Assembly: GCA_963733195.1 (NCBI GenBank)
Contig: CAVTCR010000037.1
Span: 1 to 34,895, forward strand
Direction: 5' to 3'
From: an uncultured delta proteobacterium
GTDB taxonomy: Bacteria; Desulfobacterota; Binatia; Bin18
Length of the DNA stretch: 34,895 nt
Shown: positions 18,928 through 29,253 of the stretch, in pieces
How positions within the stretch are numbered: position 1 is the stretch's first letter
How the letters are laid out: the number at the start of each line of letters is the position of its first letter
Translations under genes and position numbers: made by a program
The notes under the pieces: generated by a model
Told to the model about the DNA's origin: nothing
Database searches by the model: none
Seen by the model: only the letters and a program-made list of their open reading frames with translations

Positions 18928-21900
18928 TCAATCCGCTACCTTCATCATAGGAGGTTCTATCTCCTGCGGAGGTGGCGAGACTTTTCTCCGGTGAAAGAGT
19001 CGCTCGACCACGTAGAAGGAAACCGGAACGAGAAAGATAGCTATCAGTGATGCCGTGGTCATGCCGCCAATGACTGCCGTCCCAAGGACTTGCCGTGACT
19101 GTGCCCCCGCCCCCGTAGCAATCGCCAATGGCACTGCCCCCAAAATAAAGGCAAACGCGGTCATCAGAATGGGACGCAAGCGCAACCGCGCGCCGGTCAA
19201 CGCGGCCTCGATCAGAGGAGTACCTCGTTCAGACTCCAGTTTGGCGAACTCGACAATGAGGATGGCGTTCTTGGCCGCCAGTCCAATGAGCATGATCAGG
19301 CCGACTTGGGTATACACATTGTTCTCGAACCCGCGTAACCAGAGCACCAGAAATGCGCCGAAAACTGCGATCGGCGTACTGAGCAACACACTGAACGGTA
19401 ACGTCCAACTTTCGTACTGCGCCGCCATAATGAGAAACACTACTATCAGTGAGAGCCCGAAGACCACGCTTGGTTTCACTCCTTGAGCCGCCTGTTTTTC
19501 CTGGAATGACATGCCCATGTAGTCGTAGCCCATCTCAGCCGGCATCGTCTCAGCGAACACCTGCTCTAGCGCTGCCATTGCTTGGCCAGTACTATAGCCG
19601 GGCGCTACGCTGCCGTTGATCTGCGCCGCCCGGTAGCCGTTGAAGCGGATGGTAAACTCCGGTCCGTATATCGTCTTCATGCTCATCAAGGTCGACAGCG
19701 GCACCGCTTGTCCTTCCGCATTGCGGACCCGGAACTGGCCAACATTCTCCGGCGTCGTGCGATATTCACCCTCGGCCTGAACATAGACCTGCCAGACACG
19801 TCCGAAGAGGTTAAAATAATTCACGAAGCTCCCACCCATAAATGCCTGGAGCGTCCGGTAGACCGCACTTAAATCGACCCCTTGCTTCATCGCCTTGTCA
19901 TGGTCAACATCAGCAAAGACTTGCGGGACGCTGGGGATGAGCGTCGTGGTCAGGGACGCAAACTCGGGGCGCGTGCGAGCCACTTCAAGAAACTTGCTGG
20001 TGTTCTGTGCCAAGAATTCGACACTCTGGCCGGAACGATCTTCCAGCATGAACGTGATACCACCAGAAGTACCAACGCCAGGAATCGCCGGTGGCGAGAA
20101 AGCGAACGCCTGCGCTTCCATCAATCCGGCGAGCCGTTGATTGAGACGGCGCATGATAACCTCGGCCGTTAACCCCTCCGGGTCGCGTTCTTCCCAGGGT
20201 TTGAGCATGACGAAAGAGAAGGCGTTGAAAGTCGTGTTCGAGAAACTGAGCATGCTGAAGCCGACGACCATATTGAAGGTCTCGATTCCCGGCGTCTCTT
20301 TCAGAATCGCCTCAATCTGTTTACACACCTCGTCGGTCCGTTGCAGCGAGGAAGCGACTGGGAGCTGCACATTCAAATAGAAATAGCCCTGGTCCTCTTG
20401 CGGCAGAAAACTGGTGGGCAGCCGCGACCCGAACCAGCCCGCAAGTGCGGAAAACGCGACGAGCAACAACAGAGCGACCCCACCTTGCGGATCAGAAAGG
20501 CACACCAGTTTACGTAACCATCAGTGAGGCGATTGAATACACGATTAAACCCGCGGAAGAACGCCCCGAGTGGTCCGCGGGTTGGCGTACGCGGTCGCAA
20601 CAACAGAGCCGCCAGCGCCGGGCTCAGGGTGAGTGCATTGAAGGCGGAAATGACCACCGACACTGCGGTCGTCACCGCGAACTGCTGATAGAGCCCACCC
20701 GTGATGCCAGGAATAAAAGCGGAGGGGATGAATACCGCCACCAAGATCAGCGCGATGGCGATCACCGGGCCGGACACCTCCTCCATCGCTTTCAAGGTCG
20801 CGTCGCGCGGAGATAGACCTTCCTCGATATGACGTTCGACGGCTTCAACCACCACGATCGCATCATCGACCACGAGGCCAATCGCGAGCACCAACCCGAA
20901 GAGTGACAAGGTGTTAATCGAGAAACCCAAGAACGGAAAGACAATGAACGTCCCGACCAGGGACACCGGCACCGCCAGCAAAGGAATCAACGTCGCCCGC
21001 CAGCCCTGCAAGAAGAGAAACACGACAAGCGTCACCAATGCAATCGCGATAAAAAGTGTCTCTACGATCTCTTTGATGCCTTCACTCACTGCGCGGGTTG
21101 TATCAAGAGTGAGTTCATAATCCATATCAGCCGGGAACCGCGTCTTGATCTCGTCCAACAGCGCCTTCGCGCGGTTCATCGTCTCGAGGGCGTTCGACCC
21201 GGGTACCTGGTAGATGGCGATCAATGCCGCAGGCGGCCATTGATGCGTCCCTGCATATTATAGGTCTGCGAGCCGAGTTCCACCCGCGCCACATCCTTCA
21301 TCCGCACGATCGAGCCATCAGGATTAGCGCGGACGATAATATTCTCGAACTCCTCAACACTGCTGAGGCGGCCTCGCGCCCGCACGGTATAGGTGAAGAC
21401 TTGTCCGGGTGGCACGGGTTCAGCACCGATCTGGCCTGCCGGGTTCACACTATTCTGTTTGGTGAGTGCCTCAATAATCTCATTCACAGTGATATTGAGC
21501 TTGGCTAGCGTGTCTGGCCGTACCCAGAAGCGCATCGCATATTGACCGGCACCAAAGACATTGACTTGACCAACACCGGACACGCGCGTCATCGGATCGT
21601 TGATGTTGATATTGGCATAGTTGGTGAGAAACAGTGCATCATGAGTCCCGTTGGGGGAGTACACAGAGAAGAGCGCGAGCGGGCTCGCAACCGCCTTACG
21701 GAGCGTGATCCCGTAGTTGCGCACCTCAATCGGCAGTTGGGATTCTGACTGCTGGTAGCGCATTTGCGTGAGAATCTGGTTCATGTTCGGGTCGGTGCCG
21801 ACGTCGTAGATCACATTCAGCCGCACCTGGCCGTTGTTCGAGTTAATGGAGTACATATACAGCATGTTATCCACACCGCTCATCTGCTGCTCAGTCGGCG

Positions 21901-22087
21901 TGGAAACCGATTGTTCGAGAGTCAACGCGTCGGCGCCGACGTACGTCGCCCAGAGCTGGATCTGTGGCGGAGCGATGTTGGGGAACTGCGCAATCGGCAG
22001 CTGCACGAGCGCGGCGAGCCCGATCATCACCATGAGGATCGCAATGACCATGGCCACCACCGGTCGGTCAATAAAGAATTTTGCCAT
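18928..22087 (-). CDS. RND efflux permease (AcrB/HAE1 family); frameshifts near 21225 and 20485
   Basis: MAKFFIDRPVVAMVIAI, GLVVDDAIVVVEAVER, LTLSPAL, GLAAKNAILIVEFA, RLRPILMT, split over ORFs 21221-22216, 20373-21224 and 18928-20505. Confidence 0.95.
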
Positions 22088-22149
22088 CGGACGTTGCCTC
22101 CGCTTCTTAGCTTTGAAACGAATCTGAGAATTTCGGGAGCAATGTTCCA

Positions 22150-22232
22150 CCCTTCTCCCTTCCCTTACGGAGGGTAGGGTGAGGGTGTCAGTGGCCGAGA
22201 CTGAGTTGCCCCTCACCTGCCCTCCCTGAAGG
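22150..22232. repeat. Intergenic CCCTCACCC-type REP dimer between MFP and RND genes
   Basis: CCTTCTCCCTTCCCTTACGGAGGGTAGGGTGAGGG...CCCCTCACCTGCCCTCCCTGAAGG with inverted arms. Confidence 0.65.
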
Positions 22233-22258
22233 ACGATTGCGCATCCCCAAACATATCA

Positions 22259-23496
22259 TTAGGTTCCCTTGGGAGCCCCCGTGACCGCCTGCGCAGGAGG
22301 AGGCTCCACCACGGACAGCTTCGGATTCACCACCATCCCGGCTTTTACTTTCTGCGCACCTGAAACGACGATCCGCTCTCCTGGCTTAAGCCCTTGCGTA
22401 ATAATCCACATATTTCCAACCTGCTCCCCAACTTTCACCGAAACCTGCTCCCCAACTTTCACCGGACGGATATCGACTTTATTATCCTCCCCTACTATCA
22501 CTACCTGATTACTGCCTTGCAGTTGCTGGACCGCCTGTTGCGGAATAAGCATTGCCCCCTTCCTGGTCTCAGCTGCAACCCGAATCTTGGCATACTGACC
22601 GGGGCGCAAAATGTTATCGGGATTGGCAAAGAGGCCCTGGACAGTAATGGTGCCGGTTCGCAGGTCGACCTGGCGATCGGCGAGGCTAAATGTGCCCCGC
22701 TCGGGATACACGCTGCCGTCGGCGAGGGTCAACTCAAGCGGCGTCCTCTCGACCGCCCCGCCCCTGCCTCTATTTCGCGGATCCGTCGCGCGAAATGCAT
22801 ATATTCCTGTTCACTAATGGGATAGTAGACCTTGATAGGGTCAACCTGTGAAAGAGTAGTCAGTAGGGCACTCGGAGTGACCAAGTCGCCGATCTGCGCA
22901 ACCGAGATGCCGGCGATACCAGTAATCGGAGCGGTAACCTTGGTCCAACTGAGATTGAGTTTGGCCCGTTCCACAGTGGCGTGAGCCGCTTCGACTGATG
23001 CTCTGTTCGCCTGGTGGGCTTGTATGGCATTGTCGAGTTCTTGCTGGCTAATGGCTCCCTCTTTTGCCAAAGGCGTATAACGGGCGACGTCGAGTTGCGT
23101 CTTGCCGAGATTAGCCTCAGCCCGGCGGAGATCTCCCATCGCCTGATTAAGAGCCGCCTGGTACTCACGCGTGTCGATGGTGAACATGAGCTGTCCAGCC
23201 TTGATGAGAGAACCTTCCTTATAATCCCGCGATTGTAGAGAGCCCTGAACACGCGGACGGATTTGCGCATTCACATAGCCCTCGGTCGTGCCAATCCATT
23301 CAAAATAGATGGGGACGTCCTGCTGAATCACCTCAGTCACGAGGACCTCGGGCGGAGGTGGCGGGGTCGCCGCTTTAGGGTCAGTCTGGTTTCCGCACCC
23401 GACAAAGACAAACATGGCAGCAATAAAGAGACGGTAGATGAAAAACCATCCTTGAGCTGCTCGACACATATACCAGGACGTGATCTTGAGGGCCAC
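22259..23496 (-). CDS. RND periplasmic adaptor (MFP, AcrA-like lipoprotein); frameshift near 22740
   Basis: GTG 23496 follows GGAGGAG; lipobox FVG-C; NAQIRPRVQG, KVTAPITGIAG, VDLRTGTI, NPDNILRPGQY, GLKPGERIVVSG. Confidence 0.93.
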
Positions 23497-23531
23497 ATTG
23501 TTTACTCCTCCCAAGAGGTAGTGCTACCCAA

Positions 23532-23613
23532 CTCATGCTAACAGGTAAGCGCTGTTCCATCACATAGGCAATATAAATTGCGTTTGTGGGAAGCGCTCTG
23601 AGTAAAGCATGAG
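23532..23613. other. Long bulged stem-loop in the divergent intergenic region (possible structured leader or sRNA)
   Basis: Nested pairings CTCATGCT/AGCATGAG, CAG/CTG, AGCGCT/AGCGCT, TCC/GGA, CACA/TGTG and GCAAT/ATTGC around an ATAA loop. Confidence 0.4.
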
Positions 23614-23734
23614 AGGAATGACACTTCCCCTACTGGGACTATTCTCGATTCCGCGTATTGGGTAATAGCGATAGACAATCTTTTTTGCAACCAAAAGTGG
23701 AAATCGCTGTAACTTCATTAGAGGAGGGAGAGAT

Positions 23735-24856
23735 ATGGCTAGTCACAACACACCGCCATTCCGGGCAGACCACGTCGGCAGCCTGCTCCGGCCTAGAAGA
23801 CTAGTGGAAGCCCGCGAGAAGCTGAAAAAAGGCCAGTTGCGCGCAGACACCCTTAAGGCTTTGGAGGACGAAGCGGTCCGCGAGGTCGTACGGATGCAGG
23901 AAGGGATCGGCCTCCACAGCGTCACCGATGGTGACTTTCGGCGTGATCATTGGTGGGTGGACTTCATCGAGGCGATCGAGGGCGTCGCGATTGAGGGCGG
24001 CCTGCCGATCAAATTTCACAACGCCGAAGGCGACGTCGAGTACTCGCCGCCCAAGGCGGTTGTTAAAAGCAAACTCGGTCGCCCTCACGGCATTGCCACC
24101 GCCGGCTTCGCGTTCCTCAGATCGGTCGCCGCCCGCACGGCAAAACTCTGTGTACCGTCGCCGACGCTCGTGCATTTCCGCGGCGGACGCGGCGCGATCG
24201 ACAAAGCGGCCTACCCGGAGATGGGCGCCTTCTTCGACGACCTCGCGCGCGTCTACAATGAAGAATTCCACGAGCTCAAACGCCTCGGCTGCACTTACCT
24301 GCAAATTGACGACACGAATTTGGCGTTTCTGTGCGATCCGCGCTTGCGCGAAAACACGCTCAAGATTGGTGAGGACCCGGATAAGCTGCCCGAGACTTAC
24401 GCTAAGTTGATCAACCACGCGATCGCCGGCCTCAGACCCGAGGTGACCGTGTGTATGCACCTGTGCCGGGGCAATTATCAAAGCTCGTGGGTGGCCGAGG
24501 GCGGCTACGAACCGGTGGCGGAAGTGCTGTTCAACGCGTTTGACGTAGACGGATTTTTTCTAGAGTATGACAGCCCGCGGGCGGGTGATTTCGCACCGTT
24601 ACGCTTCGTGCCGAAGGGCAAGAAGATCGTACTGGGGCTGGTGACGACGAAAACGCCACAGTTAGAGAGACCGGACGAACTGAAGCGTCGGATCGACGCT
24701 GCCGGCAAATACGTGCCCTTGGACAATTTGTGCCTGAGCCCACAATGCGGGTTCGCGAGTGAATTGTATGGTAATAAAGTTACTGTCGATGACGAGAAGG
24801 CGAAGTTGGGGCTCGTGGTGAAGGTAGCCGAAGAAGTATGGGGAACGGCTTCATAG
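23735..24856 (+). CDS. Cobalamin-independent methionine synthase II family protein (single-domain MetE-like)
   Basis: PPFRADHVGSLLRP, VTDGDFRR, YLQIDD, Zn ligands HLCRGN, FLEYD and LSPQCGF; GAGGAGG RBS. Confidence 0.92.
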   Translation: MASHNTPPFRADHVGSLLRPRRLVEAREKLKKGQLRADTLKALEDEAVREVVRMQEGIGLHSVTDGDFRRDHWWVDFIEAIEGVAIEGGLPIKFHNAEGDVEYSPPKAVVKSKLGRPHGIATAGFAFLRSVAARTAKLCVPSPTLVHFRGGRGAIDKAAYPEMGAFFDDLARVYNEEFHELKRLGCTYLQIDDTNLAFLCDPRLRENTLKIGEDPDKLPETYAKLINHAIAGLRPEVTVCMHLCRGNYQSSWVAEGGYEPVAEVLFNAFDVDGFFLEYDSPRAGDFAPLRFVPKGKKIVLGLVTTKTPQLERPDELKRRIDAAGKYVPLDNLCLSPQCGFASELYGNKVTVDDEKAKLGLVVKVAEEVWGTAS

Positions 24857-24971
24857 GATAAAAGGAGAATAGGTTTGTAGGCTGTGCTTGCCCACCAAGG
24901 CTGATTGCGGTGTCGGTACGAGTGGGATAGGCGTAGCGCGAGAACAAGTCGTCGAAAGAGTAGAGCCAGCG

Positions 24972-27900
24972 ATGAAATTTTCTGAAATAGTGGCCCAGAC
25001 ACTCGCCTGGCTCCAGCGTGACGGGCGGATATCGTATCGGGCGTTGAAACTAGAGTTTGACCTGAACGATGACGTCCTTGACGCCCTCAAGGAAGAACTC
25101 ATCGAGGCCAAACGCCTGGCCATTGACGAGAATGGCAAGGTGCTTGTTTGGGTAGGAACAGGTGAAAAGGCGAAAAGGGGAAAGGTCTAGCGTCTAGAAC
25201 CAGGGTCTAGAATCCAAAGACCAGTCGGAGTCCCTCAGCACGTCTGGACACTGGACGGTCCATTCGCGCTGAAGGCGAACGACGCCAATTGACGGTGATG
25301 TTCTGTGATGTGGTGGGCTCGACCGCGCTCTCCGAGCAACTCGATCCCGAAGAGTTGCGCGAAGTCGTGCGAGCGTATCAAGAGACCTCCACCACAGTAA
25401 TCCAGCGCTATGACGGACACGTTGCTCAACACCTGGGCGATGGCTTACTGGTATACTTTGGGTATCCCCAAGCGCACGAGGATGATGCACGCTGCCGTAC
25501 GGGCGGGTAAATTATTTGCGGTACAAAAGCATTCCTGGAAGAATACTGCTGACGAAATCCTCCCTGTCCCTCCTTTTCCACCTGTGGCCGGTGGCAGGCC
25601 AGGGGGAACCCAAAAGCCCCCTTAGAGGCCGCGCGCAGCGCGGGGGATTTGGCGGTATGGAAGTTGGGAGGGAATTACAAGTCCGCATTGGCATTCACAC
25701 CGGGTTAGTCGTCATCGGCGAGATCGGCAGCAGTGAGAAACGTGAAATCCTGGCTCTGGGCGAAACACCGAACATCGCCGCTCGCATTCAAGGGCTAGCC
25801 GAGCCGGACACTGTGGTCATCAGCGGAGCGACCTATCACTTAGTGGAAGGGATTGTTCGAGTGCCAGGACCGTGGTCCTCAAGAGTTGAAAGGCATTTCG
25901 ACTCCACTCGCACTGTACCGCGTCACGCGGGAAAGTGAAGCGCAGAACCGCTTTGAGGTTGCGGTCAGTACAGGCCTCACGCCACTGATCGGCAGAGACG
26001 GAGAACTCGGCTTGCTGCACGAGCGGTGGACACAGGCGAAAGGCGGCGAAGGGCAAGTCGTGTTGCTCAGTGGTGAGGCAGGCATTGGCAAATCGCGCTT
26101 AGTGCAGACGCTCAAAGAGCAGGTCATGGCCGAGAGCGCGACCCGCATCGAGTTTCGTTGCTCGCCCTATCATCAGAACAGTGCTTTCTATCCGATCATC
26201 GAGCATCTGCAGCGGCTGTTACAGTTTGCAGCGGGAGGATACGCCGCAGACCAAGTTGACCAAACTTCAGCATGCTCTCATGGCGTATCGCTTTCCCCAG
26301 GCAGATACCTTGCCGCTGTTAGCAGCCTTGCTCTCTCTGCCCCACCCGGAGGGGTATCCACCTCTGACACTGAGTCCGCAAAAGCAGAAGCAGAAGACCC
26401 AAGAAGCGTTAGTGGCGTGGATTGTGGAAGAGGCAGAAAAAGCCGCCGTGTACTGTGCCTGGGAAGATCTGCACTGGGCTGATCCTTCCACGCTCGAGTT
26501 CCTCACGCTCTTCCTCGATCAAATCCCTACTTCCCGTCTGCTGGCCGTGCTGACATTTCGGCCGGACTTCACGCCGCCGTGGCGGTCCCGTTCGCACATC
26601 GCCCAGCTCACGCTCAACCGCTTAGGCCGCAGCAGGTCGAGGCGATGGTGGAGAAAATCACTGATGGTAAACGCTTTCCGCCGAGAAGTGATGCAACAGA
26701 TCGTCGACCAAGACTGACGGAGTGCCGCTGTTTGTCGAAGAGTTAACCAAGATGGTATTGGAGTCAGGGTTGCTGAGTAACAGTAGAGGATCGACTACGG
26801 CTATCGGTCCTCTCCCTCCACTTGGCGATTCCGTACGACGTTGCAGGATTCGCTGATGGCGCGGCTTGATCGGCTAGGACCAGCCAAAGAGATTGCCCAA
26901 CTGGGCGCGACCCTCGGGCGGGAATTTCGCTATGACCTGCTCCACGCTGTCTCCCCCTTAGACGAAGGGACCTTACAGCAGGGGCTGAAGCAGTTAGTCG
27001 AAGCGGAACTGCTCTATCAGCGCGGGTTGCCTCCGCAGGCACCTATCTCTTCAAGCATGCCCTGGTGCAGGACACGGCCTATCAATCCTTACTGAAGAGC
27101 ACACGCCAGCAGATCCACCAGCAGATTGCCCAGGTGTTAGAGCAGCGCTTCACAGAGACAGTCGAGACCCATCCCGAACTGCTGGCGCATCATTACACCG
27201 AGGCGGGTCTCATCAGCACAGGCCATTCCCTATTGGCAGCAGGCAGGGCAGCGAGCCACCCAGCGCTCGGCCAATGTGGAAGCGATTGCTCACCTCACCA
27301 AAGGGCTGGAGTTGCTCAAGACCCTGCCGGAGACGCCTGAGCGCGACCCAACAAGAGCTGACGCTGCAAATCGCCTTGGGTGTTCCGTTGATCGCGACGA
27401 AGGGCTTTGCCGCGCCAGAAGTCGGAGCACATCTATACCCGGGCACGAGAGCTATGCCAGCAAATAGGAGAGACTCCTGCAGCTCTTCCCGGTGCTGCGG
27501 GGATTATGGGTAGTTTTATTTGTGCGGAGCGGAGTTGCAGACAGCCCGTGAGCTGGCAGAGCAGCTCCTCAGTCTTGGCCCACAACGTCCAAGATTCTTC
27601 GCTTCCTCTTAGAGGCCCACAGTGCACTGGGGATGACCTTGTTATCTTTGGGAGAGTTGGCTCCGCCCCAGAGCACGCTGGAGCAAGGCATTGCACTCTA
27701 TGATCCCCAACAGCATCATGCCTCACGCTTTCTTGTATGGGGCTATGACCCTGGAGTGGATTGCCTCGCCTTGACGGCCTTGAGCCTGTGGATGCTTGGT
27801 TATCCTGGATCAGGCGCTCAAGAGACTGTCACGAGGCACTCACCTTAGCCCAGGAGCTGTCTCACCCATACAGTCTGGCCATTACCCTAGTGCTATGCTG

Positions 27901-28627
27901 CACAGCTCCATCAGCTTCGCCGGGAGGCGTAACGAGTCCAAGAGCGGGCGGAGGCAGCGATTACGCTTGGCAACCGAGCACGGATTTCCGCACTGGCGTG
28001 GGTACGTATCTGGCGGTGGCTGGGCACTGAGTCGAGCAAGGCCAAGGAGAGGAAGGGATGCCCAGATGCGCCAGGGTCTGGAGAGCTATGAGGCGACGGG
28101 AGCGAGTTAGACACGATCATATTTTCTTGCCCTTATTGCTGAGGCGTATGGGAAAGGAGGACAGGTGGAGAAGGGACTGAGCGATGCTGGATGAGGCGCT
28201 GGCTCAAGTAGACAAAACTGGGGAGCGTTGGAGCGCATGACCGAGGCGCTGACGCGGTAGACATGACTGGCGAGCGACCCACGAAGCGGAGCTGTATCGG
28301 CTGAACGGGGAGCTCTCGCTCCGAATGGGTGAACGGGAGAGCGGGCGAACGGGCGAAAAAGAGTTAATCGCCCCATCGCCCAGTCGCCTTGTCGCCCTCT
28401 CGTCTCCAGAGGCGTGTTTCCACAAAGCCATTGAGATTGCTCAACGGCAGCAAGCGAAATCCTGGAACTCCGCGCAACGATCGAGCCTCGCGCGACTGTG
28501 GCAACAACAAGGTAAGCATCACGAAGCACACAAGATGTTATCTACCATCTATAACTGGTTCACGGAAGGATTTGATACCAAAGACCTGCAAGAAGCGAAG
28601 GCACTGATTGATGAGCTGGAACGGTAA
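24972..28627 (+). pseudogene. Class III nucleotide cyclase + STAND/AAA ATPase + TPR protein, copy 3; multiply frameshifted as given
   Basis: MKFSEIV N-domain, [37 protein letters not shown], Walker A GEAGIGKSR, WEDLHWAD, TPR region, and [23 protein letters not shown]. Confidence 0.9.
25555..25655. repeat. Composite repeat-derived insertion in the cyclase domain of copy 3
   Basis: AAATCCTCCC...GGGGGAACC...GCCCCCTT...GGGGGATTT arms with a nested CCGCGC-GCA-GCGCGG hairpin, just before [10 protein letters not shown], the same site as the copy 2 insertion. Confidence 0.55.
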
Positions 28628-28635
28628 ACTATCAT

Positions 28636-28974
28636 ATGAGTCCACAAACCGATCCTATTGTCCGTATTCAAGAGTTGGTGCGGACTAAACACTACCGCAT
28701 TGGTTTGCATGCGGTGCGACACATGGTCGAGGAAGGGTTCGATGAAAACCAACTTTTGGAAGCAGTAAGAGGGAAACTACGGATAGTGGAGGAATATCTA
28801 GCGGAGTCACGATATCTGCTGCTAGGCTATTTCCACTTCACGCTGAAGACCATTTCGCCTCTGCATTTATTGTGCGACCTGTCCAAATCGAATGTGGTAG
28901 ATATTGTCACTGCTTATATCCCTCAGCGTCCCTGGTGGCTCAGTCCAATCCGAAGAGGGAGAGAAAGACAATGA
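28636..28974 (+). CDS. DUF4258-like putative toxin
   Basis: YRIGLHAVRHMVEEGF...IVEEY...YLLLG...PLHLLC...IVTAYIP..PWW pattern. Starts 8 bp after the stop of copy 3. Confidence 0.78.
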   Translation: MSPQTDPIVRIQELVRTKHYRIGLHAVRHMVEEGFDENQLLEAVRGKLRIVEEYLAESRYLLLGYFHFTLKTISPLHLLCDLSKSNVVDIVTAYIPQRPWWLSPIRRGRERQ

Positions 28975-29222
28975 GAGACTTCCTACGCTCAACCTGTTCT
29001 GAGTGCGGTGGCGCTGTGCGTTCCCGTACCATTACCCAAGAGTTCGAACGCGAGGGATTACGCGTCTCGGTTTCTGGCATCCGCGCACTAGTCTGCACGA
29101 AGTGCGAAGCGGTATACTTTGAGCCTGGTGGCGCACAAGCCTTGGTAGAAGCAGTGAATAGCTTGTTTGTCCTGGCTAAGAGAAACCGCCAGCATAAAGG
29201 GAAACTTGTCAGCGCAATATGA
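28971..29222 (+). CDS. YgiT/MqsA-type zinc-finger protein (putative antitoxin)
   Basis: ATGA overlap with the upstream gene; CSECGG...VSGIRALVCTKCEAVYF. No C-terminal HTH is evident. Confidence 0.8.
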   Translation: MRDFLRSTCSECGGAVRSRTITQEFEREGLRVSVSGIRALVCTKCEAVYFEPGGAQALVEAVNSLFVLAKRNRQHKGKLVSAI

Positions 29223-29253
29223 GAAGACGTTAAGAATCACCAGGAGAATAGAC

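Noticed and set aside
23614-23734. SAM or cobalamin riboswitch upstream of the MetE-like gene
   Set aside because: No recognisable SAM-I, SAM-II or B12-box consensus motifs.
23801-24481. Long antisense ORFs (also 30664-31269, 19055-19486 and others)
   Set aside because: They are shadows of GC-rich sense genes with no recognisable motifs.
24877-24897. GTAGGCTGTGCTTGCCCACC as a degenerate REP upstream of copy 3
   Set aside because: The stem is too degenerate and there is no second copy in the window.
26783-26815. GTAGAGGATCGA...TCGGTCCTCT hairpin at the second REP slot in copy 3
   Set aside because: It can be read as the ordinary ...Y..(I/T)GPLPPLAIP coding sequence with an indel; too weak to call a REP.
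28193-28280. Imperfect tandem duplication of EALA.VDKTGER in copy 3
   Set aside because: The second copy is garbled and breaks frame in an error-rich region. It is probably a consensus or assembly artefact and needs reads to judge.
7821-28627. Diversity-generating retroelement (template/variable repeat at the 3' ends)
   Set aside because: No reverse transcriptase in the window, and I saw no adenine-specific mismatch pattern between the ends.
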